In this document: positions 1 through 10,087 of the stretch, one piece after another
Position numbering within the stretch: the first letter of the stretch is position 1
How the letters are laid out: each line of letters begins with the position of its first letter
NCBI GenBank assembly: GCA_963745075.1
Contig: CAVUWV010000014.1
Coordinates: 256,001-320,000, forward strand
Reading direction: 5' to 3'
DNA length: 64,000 bases
Source: Candidatus Hydrogenedentota bacterium
Lineage (GTDB): Bacteria > Hydrogenedentota > Hydrogenedentia > Hydrogenedentales > SLHB01
Notes under the pieces: model-generated
The model's input: the letters and a program-made list of their open reading frames with translations, nothing else
Told to the model about the DNA's origin: nothing
The model's database searches: none
Made by a program: the position numbers and the translations under genes

Positions 1-2
1 GG

Positions 3-683
3 AACTGGGATTTCGGAGACGGCACTACGAGTACCGAGCGCAATCCCGTTCACGCCTATGCCGCACGTGGCCGCTACACTGTCAAACTGACCGTTGCCTC
101 CGCAGACCTCCACGACACCCGGACCCGCCGTGGATACATCCGAATTCGCCAGCCCCAGGGGCCCACTGCGGAGTTCGCCGCGTCCCGCCAACGGCCATTG
201 GCGGGAGTCCCCGTTCAATTCTCCGACATCACGGAACCCGGGACGTCGCCGATCGCGACCTGGCTTTGGGATTTCGGCGATGGGGGATGGAGCAAACTAC
301 AAGACCCGGTGCATCTGTACACCGCCGCCACGGTCTACGACGTGTATCTGACCGTGACCACCGCCGAAGGTTCGGACACCGAGATCAAACTAGGCTGCGT
401 GGACGTGCAGCCGGCACCGCCCGACGCCGAGTTTGTGGCTGCGAAACGGAACTGCAGTGTCGGTCAACCGATTGCATTCAGTGACCTGTCCACGGGGAAA
501 GGTGTCCCCATCACCCAATGGAAGTGGGACTTCGGTGACGGAACGACAAGCGCGGAACGGGACCCCCTTCATCCGTACACAACCGCGGGCACCTATACCG
601 TCGCGCTTACCGTCCGCTCCGGCGCAGGTACAGACTTTGAACGCAAACGCGGTTACATATCCGTGCGTGCGGCGCCAAGGTAG
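3..683 (+). CDS. PKD-domain repeat protein, C-terminal part (begins before the window)
   Basis: Frame open from base 3 (NWDFGDGTTSTERNPVHAY...). Three WDFGDG...P.H.Y...G.Y.V.LTV PKD repeats. Confidence 0.9.
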   Translation, partial: NWDFGDGTTSTERNPVHAYAARGRYTVKLTVASADLHDTRTRRGYIRIRQPQGPTAEFAASRQRPLAGVPVQFSDITEPGTSPIATWLWDFGDGGWSKLQDPVHLYTAATVYDVYLTVTTAEGSDTEIKLGCVDVQPAPPDAEFVAAKRNCSVGQPIAFSDLSTGKGVPITQWKWDFGDGTTSAERDPLHPYTTAGTYTVALTVRSGAGTDFERKRGYISVRAAPR

Positions 684-908
684 CTCGTGTCTGAAGTAGC
701 TACCAATAGTTGCGTGCAGTTCGTGCCCGGAGATTCGATCTATGCGTAATGTTGATTCCATGACACCCACTTGGAGCTGGAAGCTACGTAGCTGGACGAG
801 TACCGGTCATCAATTCGCCTTGCGCGCCTTCTCAGCGCTACAATGTGGATTCTGCTTGTGATTCATTATCGGATGCATCCGGGATTTCCACGAGAAGGAA
901 CGCAAACC

Positions 909-1607
909 ATGAAAACATACACAACGATTTGCCTGATGGCCGGCCTCGTACTCTTGGGATGGATATCACCGGGGGCGAATGCGGCGGCGGAACCCGCAGC
1001 GCATCCTGATACCACGGGTTGGGAAGACTTGTTCGCGCCGGACCTGTCGAACGCCGACAAACCCGACAACGTCTGGACGGTGGAAGATGGCGTTCTCACC
1101 GCGAGTGAAGACCAGGCCATATGGACGAAGCGCGACTACGACAACTTTATCCTGGACCTCGAATTCAAGACGGCCGACGGCACCAACAGCGGCGTCATCG
1201 TGTATTGCAGCGACAAGGACAACTGGATTCCCAATGCTGTTGAAATCCAGATCGCGGACGACTACGCCGAGAAGTGGGCCAACTCGCCCGCGAGCTGGCA
1301 TTGCGGCGCAATCTTCGGCCATCTCGCGCCCACCAAAAGCGCGGTCAAGAAGCCCGGCGAATGGAACCGCTACACCATCACCTGCAAAGACCAGCAGATT
1401 GACGTCGTGCTCAACGGCGAACACGTGACCTCGATGGACATGTCCAACTGGACCTCCGCCAAGACCAACCCCGACGGAACGGAAATCCCCGAGTGGCTGA
1501 GCAAACCCTTAGCCGAACTGCCCACCCACGGCCGCATCGGTCTCCAAGGCAAACACGCCGGCGCCCCCATCTGGTTCCGCAACTTGAAGATCAAAGAACT
1601 CGATTAG
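909..1607 (+). CDS. Secreted DUF1080 (3-keto-disaccharide hydrolase-like) protein
   Basis: Signal peptide MKTYTTICLMAGLVLLG...ANA; motifs W.VEDG, NSGV, EIQI.D, KKPGEWN, G.IGLQGKH, FRNLKIKEL. Start placed at ATG 909. Confidence 0.9.
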   Translation: MKTYTTICLMAGLVLLGWISPGANAAAEPAAHPDTTGWEDLFAPDLSNADKPDNVWTVEDGVLTASEDQAIWTKRDYDNFILDLEFKTADGTNSGVIVYCSDKDNWIPNAVEIQIADDYAEKWANSPASWHCGAIFGHLAPTKSAVKKPGEWNRYTITCKDQQIDVVLNGEHVTSMDMSNWTSAKTNPDGTEIPEWLSKPLAELPTHGRIGLQGKHAGAPIWFRNLKIKELD

Positions 1608-1699
1608 AGGAGAAGTACCGCTACAACCGAGTCGGACGGATGGGGGGCCCACAGCGCCGTAGGCCCTTCTACTTCGCGGTGGCGTCAAGCCGCCGAAAT

Positions 1700-1805
1700 G
1701 GCCTGAAGGGCCAACGTATCCATAGCCCGGGGTTGGCCGGCGCGGAGCGTGGGCCTACCCCGGGTACCAGACACCCCCCAACGGGCATACCCTGAAAGGG
1801 TTCTA
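1700..1805. repeat. REP-like palindrome cluster
   Basis: GGCCTGAAGGGCC, CCCGGGGTTGGCC...GGCCTACCCCGGG and ACCCTGAAAGGGT hairpins between convergent genes. Confidence 0.55.
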
Positions 1806-1830
1806 TAACACAGCGACAGCGCGACGGCGC

Positions 1831-3756
1831 TTAAAGCAACTCATCCACACACGCCAGCATTTGCCGGGCCCGGGCCGATGCGGTGTGGTACTGCTTAAAA
1901 TGTTCGTACCCTTGTCGGGCGATGGCTTCCGATTCCTCGGGGTGATTTACGTAATGGTCGAGTTTATGTTCTAGGTCGGGCAGATCGTCAAAAAACACCG
2001 CCGACTCGCCGTTGACGAAGTTGTGCGGAATACGGATTGGCAACCGCTCCGACAACAGCATGCACCCGTGCGCTGCCAGTTCCCAATACCGCACGGTGTC
2101 GAACCCGAACCCGAAGAGGTTTAATCCGATACGGCAGTTGTTTAACGCAGCGGCGTACTCTTCCTGCGAATACTTTCGGTCGAAGGTACGGCCCATTTGC
2201 TGCTCGACTCGTTCGACGTAAAGCCGCCGCAACCCAAACTGCCGGTGCCCGGCCCAAAACAGCGGTTCGGATCGATCCCAGGACAAGGTATCCGGCACCT
2301 TGTGATCCGCATAGGCGAAGGGAAGCGGTCTCGCTACGGGCCCGTAATCCTGGCACGCCAGCATTTCTCGTTTGAAATACCCGTGAACACGGTCTCGGCC
2401 CATAAACGCCAGCGTATCCGGCAGATTGTTCAAGGGGTCGTCCTGTTCGTCCACGATGAACACCGGCACGTCCGGCGCGGCGTCGAGTATCGTCCGCATC
2501 GCGTCCGGCCCGATGTGCTGCTCCACGTCGCCCATCAGGATCAAATCCACGACGCCGTAACGCAAGGCTTCCACGATGTCTTCCAGGGTGCGCGGTTCAC
2601 CCCGGCGGCTGAACATGCAGGGATAATTCGCAAGCTCCTTTGGAACCTCCCCATGCAGAGTCGCTTTCCAGGGCACGTCGATGACGTGTTCGTCGCCCAG
2701 AATCGTGCACAAACCGTCGTACAGCACATCCAGCCCGTAGTGGGGCCGGGGCGGCAACACGAAGAGAACCCGGGGCAGACGCGGTGGGCGCTGCCACTCC
2801 GGAGCGGCCTCGCCGGCTAATGCGGAAGGAAGATCCGGAACCAGCGTCGCCAACCGCCGGTCGATTTCCGGCGACGGATTCACGTGCCGGATTGTTCGCA
2901 ACACTCGTGCCGCCATCGACTCATCCCCGATTCGTCGCCAGAACTCTGCCTGACACAGATAGGGGAGAGGGGCCGTCGGCGCGTTCCAGGTCGCTTCGTA
3001 AAACATGGATTGCGCGTTGAAGAACCGGCCCAGCCGGCCGTCCGGTTCCGCCACCTTGTCCCAGGCCAGCAGGCACATGTGGCGCTCGGCAAAGTACGCG
3101 GCGCGAACCTCCGGCTCCTGCACCAGCGCGTCCGGCACCAAGTCCAGCACTTCGTACGCCCAACCCGGATGACCGGCGGTAAACAACTTCCGCGCATGAA
3201 TCAGCGGATTGTACGTGGGGCGCACTCCCCACAGGAGGAAACCTCGTGATGCGGTGTCTTCCCTGCCGTCGCCGAGGCTCATCGAATCCCGCTCGACCTC
3301 GACATCGTTCGTCGTATAGCACGCCAGCCCTGCGGCATCGACAAGTGCGCTTACAGTTGCCTCGTTGCGCTGACCCGCCGATTCCGCGGTGCCGACGACG
3401 ATGAGCAGGACAAAACCTTCCTCGCTGATTAAGGGAGCCGCGAGGTTCAGAATACGGCCAAGAACCTCATCCGGCAGCGCCGCCGTTTCGACTACGATGC
3501 CGTCGAAATCCCCCGGGGCAAACGGCAGTAGCAGCGTTTCCGGCGACGCGGCATGGAGGGACGCGAGCGCGGGCATCGGTTTTGCCGGGGAAATGGGGTC
3601 CAACCAGACACCGGTCGTGACGGCCCCCGACCGGGTCCCCAGCGCGGCGGCGAGACCATCGCTGGTGACCCCAACGTGCAGAATTCGGCGCGCAAATTGG
3701 GGAATAAGCTGGGCCAGACTGTCAACCAGCCCTAACTCGTCCAGGCTCATACACAT
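1831..3756 (-). CDS. Multidomain glycosyltransferase (degenerate methyltransferase-like N-terminus, TPR-like middle, CgeB/Glyco_trans_1_2-like C-terminus)
   Basis: RILHVG...LPFAPGDFDGIV at the N-terminus; C-terminal IGLNLFGFGFDTVRYWELAAHGCMLL...F.NGESAVFF...IARQG. Start uncertain (3750-3789). Confidence 0.75.
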   Translation of the reverse strand: MCMSLDELGLVDSLAQLIPQFARRILHVGVTSDGLAAALGTRSGAVTTGVWLDPISPAKPMPALASLHAASPETLLLPFAPGDFDGIVVETAALPDEVLGRILNLAAPLISEEGFVLLIVVGTAESAGQRNEATVSALVDAAGLACYTTNDVEVERDSMSLGDGREDTASRGFLLWGVRPTYNPLIHARKLFTAGHPGWAYEVLDLVPDALVQEPEVRAAYFAERHMCLLAWDKVAEPDGRLGRFFNAQSMFYEATWNAPTAPLPYLCQAEFWRRIGDESMAARVLRTIRHVNPSPEIDRRLATLVPDLPSALAGEAAPEWQRPPRLPRVLFVLPPRPHYGLDVLYDGLCTILGDEHVIDVPWKATLHGEVPKELANYPCMFSRRGEPRTLEDIVEALRYGVVDLILMGDVEQHIGPDAMRTILDAAPDVPVFIVDEQDDPLNNLPDTLAFMGRDRVHGYFKREMLACQDYGPVARPLPFAYADHKVPDTLSWDRSEPLFWAGHRQFGLRRLYVERVEQQMGRTFDRKYSQEEYAAALNNCRIGLNLFGFGFDTVRYWELAAHGCMLLSERLPIRIPHNFVNGESAVFFDDLPDLEHKLDHYVNHPEESEAIARQGYEHFKQYHTASARARQMLACVDELL

Positions 3757-3979
3757 CGTACTCCGCTCAACTCCTTCGATTCGACCCACGAAAACCTATC
3801 ACAGGTGGCCGTCGCGAACAAACTCGCGCGGAGAAACGTTGATCTTGAGCGAAGATAGCGGTATTGTGCCGGAAACGGGTAAACAGATTTTTCACATCGT
3901 GAGTTTGGAGTGTAAAGCGTTCCAAAATAGCGCGAAATCTTCCTGTGTCGCACCCCTTCGTATTATAGAAAGGTCCATC

Positions 3980-5011
3980 GTGGCAACACCCTCCAAACCC
4001 AAGCGCTTCGGGCGTCTCGTTGGGGCCAGCGCTGAAATGAAACGCGTATTCGCTGCAATTGCTAAAGCGGCCAAGGTCGATTTGCCCGTGCTGCTTGTCG
4101 GCGAAACCGGCACGGGCAAAGAACTGGTCGCGCAAGAAATTCACGCCCGTAGTGTGCGCAAGGACAACCCTTTCGTACCCATCAATATGGGCGCCGTGCC
4201 GCACGAACTCGTTGCAAGCGAGTTGTTTGGCCATTTGAAAGGCGCCTTCACCGGAGCGAGCGAAGCGCATATCGGCTGCTTTGAAGAGGCCAAGAACGGA
4301 ATCCTGTTCCTCGACGAAATCACCACCATGGAAGACAGCGTCCAAGTCGCGCTGCTCCGAGTGCTGGAAACCAAGCAATTCCGACCCGTTGGGGCGTCAG
4401 GCACACGTATGACTGATGCGCGGATAATCGCTGCCACCAACGTCCCCTTGCGCGAAGCGGTCGAATCGGGCAGCTTTCGGGAAGATTTGATGCACCGCCT
4501 GCAAGTCTTGCAGATCAACCTACCGTCGCTTCGGAGCAATCGTTCGGACATTCCCATGTTGGCGACGTATTTCCTGGCGGAGTTTTGCGAGGAATTCAAT
4601 TTTCCGATCGCGTCCTTCGAAGCGGACACGATTCGATTACTCAAAGCGTATAGCTGGCCCGGAAACCTTCGTGAACTCAAGAACGTCATCGCTCAATCCG
4701 CCGTAACCGCAGAAACCGGGATTATCAACCCCGTCCACCTTCCGGATAGAATCAGAGGAAACGCTTCCAGCGAAGCCTCGACGGCGGATCCACGCATTCA
4801 CAGTCTTGCGGATTCCGACGAATTTGATCCCGCCGATCCCGGTCACAACGGGGTGTCGCTTCCGCTCGTCATACCAATGGAAGACGTTGAGCGCGCCTAC
4901 ATTTCCCAGGCGCTTCAGTATTGCGCGAATAACAAGACTGAGACAGCCCGCCGTCTGGGGATCAGCCGAAAGGCCTTATACGACAAACTGCATCGTTGGG
5001 GGTTGAGTTGA
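3980..5011 (+). CDS. Sigma-54-dependent transcriptional activator (AAA+ and Fis-type HTH, no N-terminal sensor)
   Basis: GETGTGKE, GAFTGA, FLDEI, FREDL, WPGNLREL, NNKTETARRLGISRKALYDKL. GTG start after GAAAGG; the ORF extension to 3389 overlaps the opposite-strand gene. Confidence 0.9.
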   Translation: MATPSKPKRFGRLVGASAEMKRVFAAIAKAAKVDLPVLLVGETGTGKELVAQEIHARSVRKDNPFVPINMGAVPHELVASELFGHLKGAFTGASEAHIGCFEEAKNGILFLDEITTMEDSVQVALLRVLETKQFRPVGASGTRMTDARIIAATNVPLREAVESGSFREDLMHRLQVLQINLPSLRSNRSDIPMLATYFLAEFCEEFNFPIASFEADTIRLLKAYSWPGNLRELKNVIAQSAVTAETGIINPVHLPDRIRGNASSEASTADPRIHSLADSDEFDPADPGHNGVSLPLVIPMEDVERAYISQALQYCANNKTETARRLGISRKALYDKLHRWGLS

Positions 5012-5133
5012 GTACGGGTCACACAATCGGCCCGTAAATCGTTACCTTCCGCTACACCTTCCGTATTTCGCCGCTCGCCGGTATCATTTCCAAGTCATGG
5101 GAAATCAGCAGTTTAAGTGTGCTCCATGCAATG

Positions 5134-5149
5134 TGGTGCGAAAATTGCA
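5134..5149 (+). promoter_or_regulatory. Putative sigma-54 promoter (-24/-12)
   Basis: TGGTGCGAAAATTGCA matches TGGCAC-N5-TTGCW with exact GG/GC spacing. Confidence 0.65.
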
Positions 5150-5191
5150 CCCCGATCGCTGAAGAGATTCGGGGATAACAATTGGATTCTT

Positions 5192-5569
5192 ATGAGTTTG
5201 CAACTTCACACCGCACTAGTCGCTTGCTCGCATCCGCAACGCAAAGAACTATATGCCGACACGATGCTGAAGCGAGGCTGGGATGTGCATACGGTATCCC
5301 GCGGCACTGACGCGCTCGAGATGCTTCACAAGCGCCGGTACCAACTTATCATGATGGATGATTCGGTACCGGACCAGTCACCGTTGGAGTTCTGCCTGAA
5401 CGCGACCGATATCGCGTCCAACGCACCGACGTTGATGGTTGCTTCCGGCAACTTCACGCCGGTCCAGGCGATCTGGGAGAAATGCCGAATTGCCGCCGCG
5501 GCGCCTGCCAGGCAAATCGTCAAGAAACTTCCGGCCGTTATGGATGCAATTGCAGATGGAGGTGGCTGA
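5192..5569 (+). CDS. Stand-alone atypical response-regulator receiver domain
   Basis: GWDVHTVSRGTDALEML...YQLIMMDDSVPDQSPLEFC follows the receiver pattern, but the N-terminal acidic pair is absent. Confidence 0.7.
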   Translation: MSLQLHTALVACSHPQRKELYADTMLKRGWDVHTVSRGTDALEMLHKRRYQLIMMDDSVPDQSPLEFCLNATDIASNAPTLMVASGNFTPVQAIWEKCRIAAAAPARQIVKKLPAVMDAIADGGG

Positions 5570-5578
5570 ACGCTTGCT
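5563..5578 (+). promoter_or_regulatory. Putative sigma-54 promoter for the aconitase gene
   Basis: TGGCTGAACGCTTGCT has correct GG/GC spacing and ends 53 nt before the aconitase ATG. Confidence 0.55.
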
Positions 5579-5631
5579 GGAATCGCTCGACCTTTCCACG
5601 CGACCGTTCACGGAGGAGGGAGTGTCCCACG

Positions 5632-7578
5632 ATGAATCAGAACCTGGCACAGAAACTGATCGCAGAACACCTCGTTGAAGGGGAAATGACGCCCGGCGAG
5701 GAAGTCAGCCTGCGAATCGATCAAACCCTCACACAAGATGCCACGGGCACGCTAGTCATGCTCGAACTCCTGGCCATGGGTCTGGACCGAGCCAAGACCG
5801 AACTTTCCGCACAATACGTCGACCACAATCTCTTGCAGGAAGATAGCCGGAACCCCGAAGACCATCTTTTCCTGATGAGTGCCTGTCAGCGATTGGGGAT
5901 CTGGTACAGCCGTCCCGGCAACGGTGTCAGCCATCCCGTTCATCAAATGCATTTCGGTATTCCCGGAAAAACCCTGCTCGGTTCAGACAGTCACACCTGT
6001 GCGGCGGGTGCGTTGGGGATGTTAGCCATTGGCGCCGGGGGTCTCGAAGTCGCCCTCGCCATCGCGGGCGATCCGCTTCGAATCCGGATGCCCGAAATCT
6101 GGGGCATCAGGCTGACCGGCAAACTCCCGGATTGGGTCAGCGCGAAAGACGTTATTCTCGAAATGCTGCGCCGCCACGGTGTCAAAGGCGGTGTCGGCCG
6201 TATCGTCGAATACCACGGTCCGGGGGTCGATACCTTAACCGTGATGGATCGGCATGTGATTGCCAACATGGGTGCTGAACTTGGCGCCACGACGTCCGTC
6301 TTCCCCTCCGACGACACGGTACGCGCGTACTTGGACCAGTGCAGGCGGAAAGACGACTGGGAAGAATGGTTGCCCGATCCCGGCGCGGGCTACGATGTTG
6401 AAGATGAAATTGACCTGTCCCAATTGCAGCCCCTCATCGCCATGCCGACCAGCCCGGGAAACGTGAAAACGGTGGAGGAGGTAGCGGGCGAGCCGATTTA
6501 CCAAGCCTATGTCGGTTCCTCGGCAAATCCCGGGTACCGCGATTTTGCCATGGCCGCGCAGATCGTTTCGGGCAGGCGCGTGCATCCCCGGGTATCCTTC
6601 GACATCAATCCCACGTCGCGGGACATTCTCGAGGAGCTTGCGAATGATGGGCATCTCATCGCCCTGATCCACGCGGGCGCACGCATCCATCAGGCCGGCT
6701 GCAACGGATGCATCGGCATGGGCCAGGCGCCCGCGACCGGCAAGTACAGTCTGCGCACCGTGCCCCGGAACTTCCCGGGCCGTTCCGGAACCGAGGATGA
6801 CATGGTCTGCCTGGTCAGCCCGGAAACGGCCGCCGCCTCGGCGCTCACGGGAGTCATCACCGATCCTCGAACCCTCGACATGCCCTATCTCGCTCCGCCG
6901 TCGGCGTCAAAGCACCCGGTGGTGAACCGGGACCTCTTCGTCGCCCCGCTGGCGCCGGAGGACGCGCAATCGATCGAGATCGAGAAAGGCGCCAACATCG
7001 TGGATCTGCCGGAGTGTGAGCCGTTGACCGGCAATTTCGAAACGCAGGTTCTGCTTCGCGTGGGAGACGATATCTCCACCGATGAGATCATGCCGGCGGG
7101 AAGTAAGGTGCTGCCATTTCGCAGCAACATCCCCGCGATTAGCCGGTTCGTGTTTCATCCCATCGATCCCGAGTATCCGGAGCGCGCCAAGAAGCTTCGC
7201 GACAACGGCGGGCATGCCATTGTCGGCGGCCGCAACTACGGTCAGGGCTCCAGCCGGGAGCATGCCGCGCTTGCGCCGCGTTTCCTGGGGCTTCGGCTTG
7301 TCGTGGCCAAAAGCTTTGCGCGTATCCATTGGCAGAACCTCCTGAACTGGGGCATCCTGCCGCTCACGTTCGACGACGAATCCGACTATGAGCGGTTGGA
7401 AATCGACACGACTGTTCATGTGGAAGGACTCTACGACCAACTTCGTGCGGGCGACACCATTGAAATAGAAGTAAACGGCAAGTCGCTGAAAACGCGCCAT
7501 CAGCTTTCGCCGACGCAAATCGATGTACTCGAAGCCGGCGGACTGGTCAATGTGAAGCGCGCGGCTCTGGCCGGTTAA
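5632..7578 (+). CDS. Aconitate hydratase (short ~650-aa type)
   Basis: LTQDATGT, YVDHN, GSDSHT, GSSAN, GCNGCIGMG, RNFPGRSG, DDISTDEIMP, NYGQGSSREHA. RBS GGAGG upstream. Confidence 0.93.
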   Translation: MNQNLAQKLIAEHLVEGEMTPGEEVSLRIDQTLTQDATGTLVMLELLAMGLDRAKTELSAQYVDHNLLQEDSRNPEDHLFLMSACQRLGIWYSRPGNGVSHPVHQMHFGIPGKTLLGSDSHTCAAGALGMLAIGAGGLEVALAIAGDPLRIRMPEIWGIRLTGKLPDWVSAKDVILEMLRRHGVKGGVGRIVEYHGPGVDTLTVMDRHVIANMGAELGATTSVFPSDDTVRAYLDQCRRKDDWEEWLPDPGAGYDVEDEIDLSQLQPLIAMPTSPGNVKTVEEVAGEPIYQAYVGSSANPGYRDFAMAAQIVSGRRVHPRVSFDINPTSRDILEELANDGHLIALIHAGARIHQAGCNGCIGMGQAPATGKYSLRTVPRNFPGRSGTEDDMVCLVSPETAAASALTGVITDPRTLDMPYLAPPSASKHPVVNRDLFVAPLAPEDAQSIEIEKGANIVDLPECEPLTGNFETQVLLRVGDDISTDEIMPAGSKVLPFRSNIPAISRFVFHPIDPEYPERAKKLRDNGGHAIVGGRNYGQGSSREHAALAPRFLGLRLVVAKSFARIHWQNLLNWGILPLTFDDESDYERLEIDTTVHVEGLYDQLRAGDTIEIEVNGKSLKTRHQLSPTQIDVLEAGGLVNVKRAALAG

Positions 7579-7645
7579 CAACTCCGCGCCTCGCGGGACG
7601 AACGAGGCAGAGTGCTGCATCCAGTTCGAGGGGCGATGTCTCCGG

Positions 7646-7927
7646 TTATCGGGTGGAAGGATTCTGCCCCATAATCTGATCCGCGTTTTCTTCTAAGACC
7701 GCACCCGCCTCCGTGGCCTGATGCTCGGGGACCTGCACCAGGATGCAGCCGTTTTGCATCGGCAATGCCCGGTCAATGCCCACATTCGATCCGCCGGGTT
7801 CCTTGTCCGTTCGTCCGGTCTCAATGACGAACACGCGAATGCCGGCGTTCTCCAGGCGTTCGCGCGCAAATGTGGTCTGTTCTATGGTGTCGAATCGTAG
7901 CAACGTTACCATGCGCTCGTTCATCAT
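7646..7927 (-). CDS. Small DUF2007-like putative signal-transducing protein
   Basis: MVTLLRF....A...RLENAGIRVFV...VQVPE..A.EA..VL pattern; RBS AAGGAG. Confidence 0.7.
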   Translation of the reverse strand: MMNERMVTLLRFDTIEQTTFARERLENAGIRVFVIETGRTDKEPGGSNVGIDRALPMQNGCILVQVPEHQATEAGAVLEENADQIMGQNPSTR

Positions 7928-7978
7928 GTTTTTTCTCCTTAGAATCTCTAACAAAAAACTATACGAATGGGACGCGGA

Positions 7979-8049
7979 ATGTAGCGCAGGCGTCTCGCCT
8001 GCATCTTGTTCAGTCTAATCCGGCGATTCTGCAGGCGAGACGTTTGCGC
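7979..8049. repeat. GTAG-type REP doublet
   Basis: ATGTAGCGCAGGCGTCTCGCCTGCATCT plus a degenerate inverted copy at 8030-8049. An identical 28-mer occurs at 29420-29447. Confidence 0.8.
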
Positions 8050-8252
8050 GAAATTCCGGCGCGTTTCTCCAGTGTGGTTTCGCGACAATTGGCTAGCAGT
8101 TAATGTTGGAGGTTCTTCGTTCGTCGTGAATGAATCTCGATTATGTGGAAAACACGCGGAAACTCGCCTCTGCGCCAACGGACGAGGAGCGCGAGGATGA
8201 ACCCCGCGCTCCCGCGACTCGAAACGAGCGCGTTCATTTCCAGGGATGGGTA

Positions 8253-9788
8253 TCATGAGGGTGACACGACCAAGTCATTGTCCACCCATGTGGCGCCGCC
8301 CTCATAGGCGTTCTCCTGCGCCGCTTCATATTCGCTCCAGGAATTTACGGTACCCGTCAGGTGCGCTTCGCCGTTGTGGACATCGACCTTGACATCATCC
8401 GCATCCACGAAGGGGCTCCACCACAACTCCGAATCGATAGACGTTTCGATCGCAACGTCGCTCTTCGTCGGATGCGCCGGTTTGTAGTTGTACCAGGTGT
8501 AGTCGTACGGATACCATTGGTCTACATATGGGTCATAGGGCAGCGGGGCGTGGTCGTTGTCCACGACGAGGTCATTTTCAACCGACGTGACCCCCGCCAC
8601 ACGGGAGGCCGCATCGTCCGCTTCACTCTTCTCGAAATAGTCGTCCACGGTTCCCGTCAGATAGGCCTTGCCGTTCACGACGTTCACACCGATGTCGAAG
8701 CGGTCTACAACCGGATCGCGCTCGAGTGCGCTCTCGATGCCTTGCGCGATGCTCGTGTCCGGTATCGCGGTACCGGGCCGCACTTTCAGGTGATTTCGAA
8801 CACTCACAACACCGACCGTCTCGCGGGCAACCTGCGCGGCGGCGCGCTTGGCTTTGAGGTTGTCGACATTGCCGATGAGTGTTACGACGCCGTGGTCCAC
8901 TTCAGGCGCCACGTTAAACGACATGACGCGCGGGTCGTAGATGTACGCGTCTTTCAACGCGTTGGCGATCTGCTGATCCGATTTCGGCACGTACTTGGCT
9001 TCGCGAAGGTCGTTGTCGCGTGCCCAGCGTTCGACTTTCAGCCCGTCGGCGTTAACCGACTTGACGCCTGCAACCCATGCCGCCGCTTCGGCAAGGCCCT
9101 TCTCGGACGCACTTCCCACGACTCCGGACAACTTGACGTTGTCGTTGTTGACCGTCACGTCGATGAGTCCGTCATCGATGAGTGTGTTCCATTTCAGAGC
9201 CTCTTTAATGTCGTTCTTGATTTCGGGATCCGGACGGGTCGCCTTGTAGTTCACGGCAATGTCGTTTTTCAGTCCGGTAACGCCTTCTACCTCCTTGGCA
9301 ACGGTTCCGGCCAATTGCTTTTCCTGCCACGAATCCACGTTCCCGGTCAACGTAACCACGCCATCCGTTACCGTCGGTGTGACTTCGTAAGCGTCCGTTG
9401 CAGGGTCGGCGAGTAGTGCGTTTTCGACATCGGCTGCCACCGCGGCGTCCGTCGAGGAAAACGGCGGCGTTACTTTGATTTCGTTGATGACCGAACGGGT
9501 ACCCCGTACGGTCTCTGCAATATTTGCGGCACGCTCCTTGGCAAGAAGATTATCCACGCTGCCGTCAAGCGTCACGATGCCGTCGGTCGTCTTCACATCG
9601 ATGCGATTGAACGGAACGACCGTGTCGATTAGGAATTCGTTCTCAATTTCGTTGGTGATGTTCGGATCCGATAGATCCGGTTTTGCCATCGTTGTCGCAG
9701 CAAATGCGCTTGCGCAAACGAACACGCACGCGCCAGCGAAGACGACGGGAAACGCATGGTTCCATCGAAGTACTGAATGGAGGTTCAT
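8253..9788 (-). CDS. Secreted protein with six BON domains
   Basis: Signal peptide, then six D..I...V...L......I.V.V.dG.V.L.G.V.....K..A...A..V.GV..V.N.L.V repeats. Confidence 0.93.
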   Translation of the reverse strand: MNLHSVLRWNHAFPVVFAGACVFVCASAFAATTMAKPDLSDPNITNEIENEFLIDTVVPFNRIDVKTTDGIVTLDGSVDNLLAKERAANIAETVRGTRSVINEIKVTPPFSSTDAAVAADVENALLADPATDAYEVTPTVTDGVVTLTGNVDSWQEKQLAGTVAKEVEGVTGLKNDIAVNYKATRPDPEIKNDIKEALKWNTLIDDGLIDVTVNNDNVKLSGVVGSASEKGLAEAAAWVAGVKSVNADGLKVERWARDNDLREAKYVPKSDQQIANALKDAYIYDPRVMSFNVAPEVDHGVVTLIGNVDNLKAKRAAAQVARETVGVVSVRNHLKVRPGTAIPDTSIAQGIESALERDPVVDRFDIGVNVVNGKAYLTGTVDDYFEKSEADDAASRVAGVTSVENDLVVDNDHAPLPYDPYVDQWYPYDYTWYNYKPAHPTKSDVAIETSIDSELWWSPFVDADDVKVDVHNGEAHLTGTVNSWSEYEAAQENAYEGGATWVDNDLVVSPS

Positions 9789-9869
9789 AGCGTCGATCTC
9801 CTTTCCGTGTGTGTTTCCAATTGTCGTTTGTTCTGGCGGCTCACGGCGGCCGTCATTGGGCGAAGGGCT

Positions 9870-9885
9870 CGCATGCGCTGTGCCA
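9870..9885 (-). promoter_or_regulatory. Putative sigma-54 promoter for the BON gene
   Basis: Minus strand reads TGGCACAGCGCATGCG (TGGCAC-N5-aTGC). Confidence 0.6.
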
Positions 9886-10087
9886 ATGCGGTCTTCAGCG
9901 TGTTTTGTAAATGAATCCGTGCTCGGGGTTAGGAGTACGGGGATCCAGAATAAACGCGAAATATGTAGAAACTACACGGGCCGTGACGAAACTACACGCA
10001 GTCGTGCCATGAGTGTTCGCTGCAACGATAAAGCCAGCTACAGTACATCGCTGCTTCCGCGCTTTGACGGAAAGGAGAGTAGGGATG

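Noticed and set aside
3389..3979. N-terminal extension of the sigma-54 activator ORF
   Set aside because: Overlaps the opposite-strand glycosyltransferase, is Ser/Pro-rich with no domain signal, and a good RBS precedes GTG 3980.
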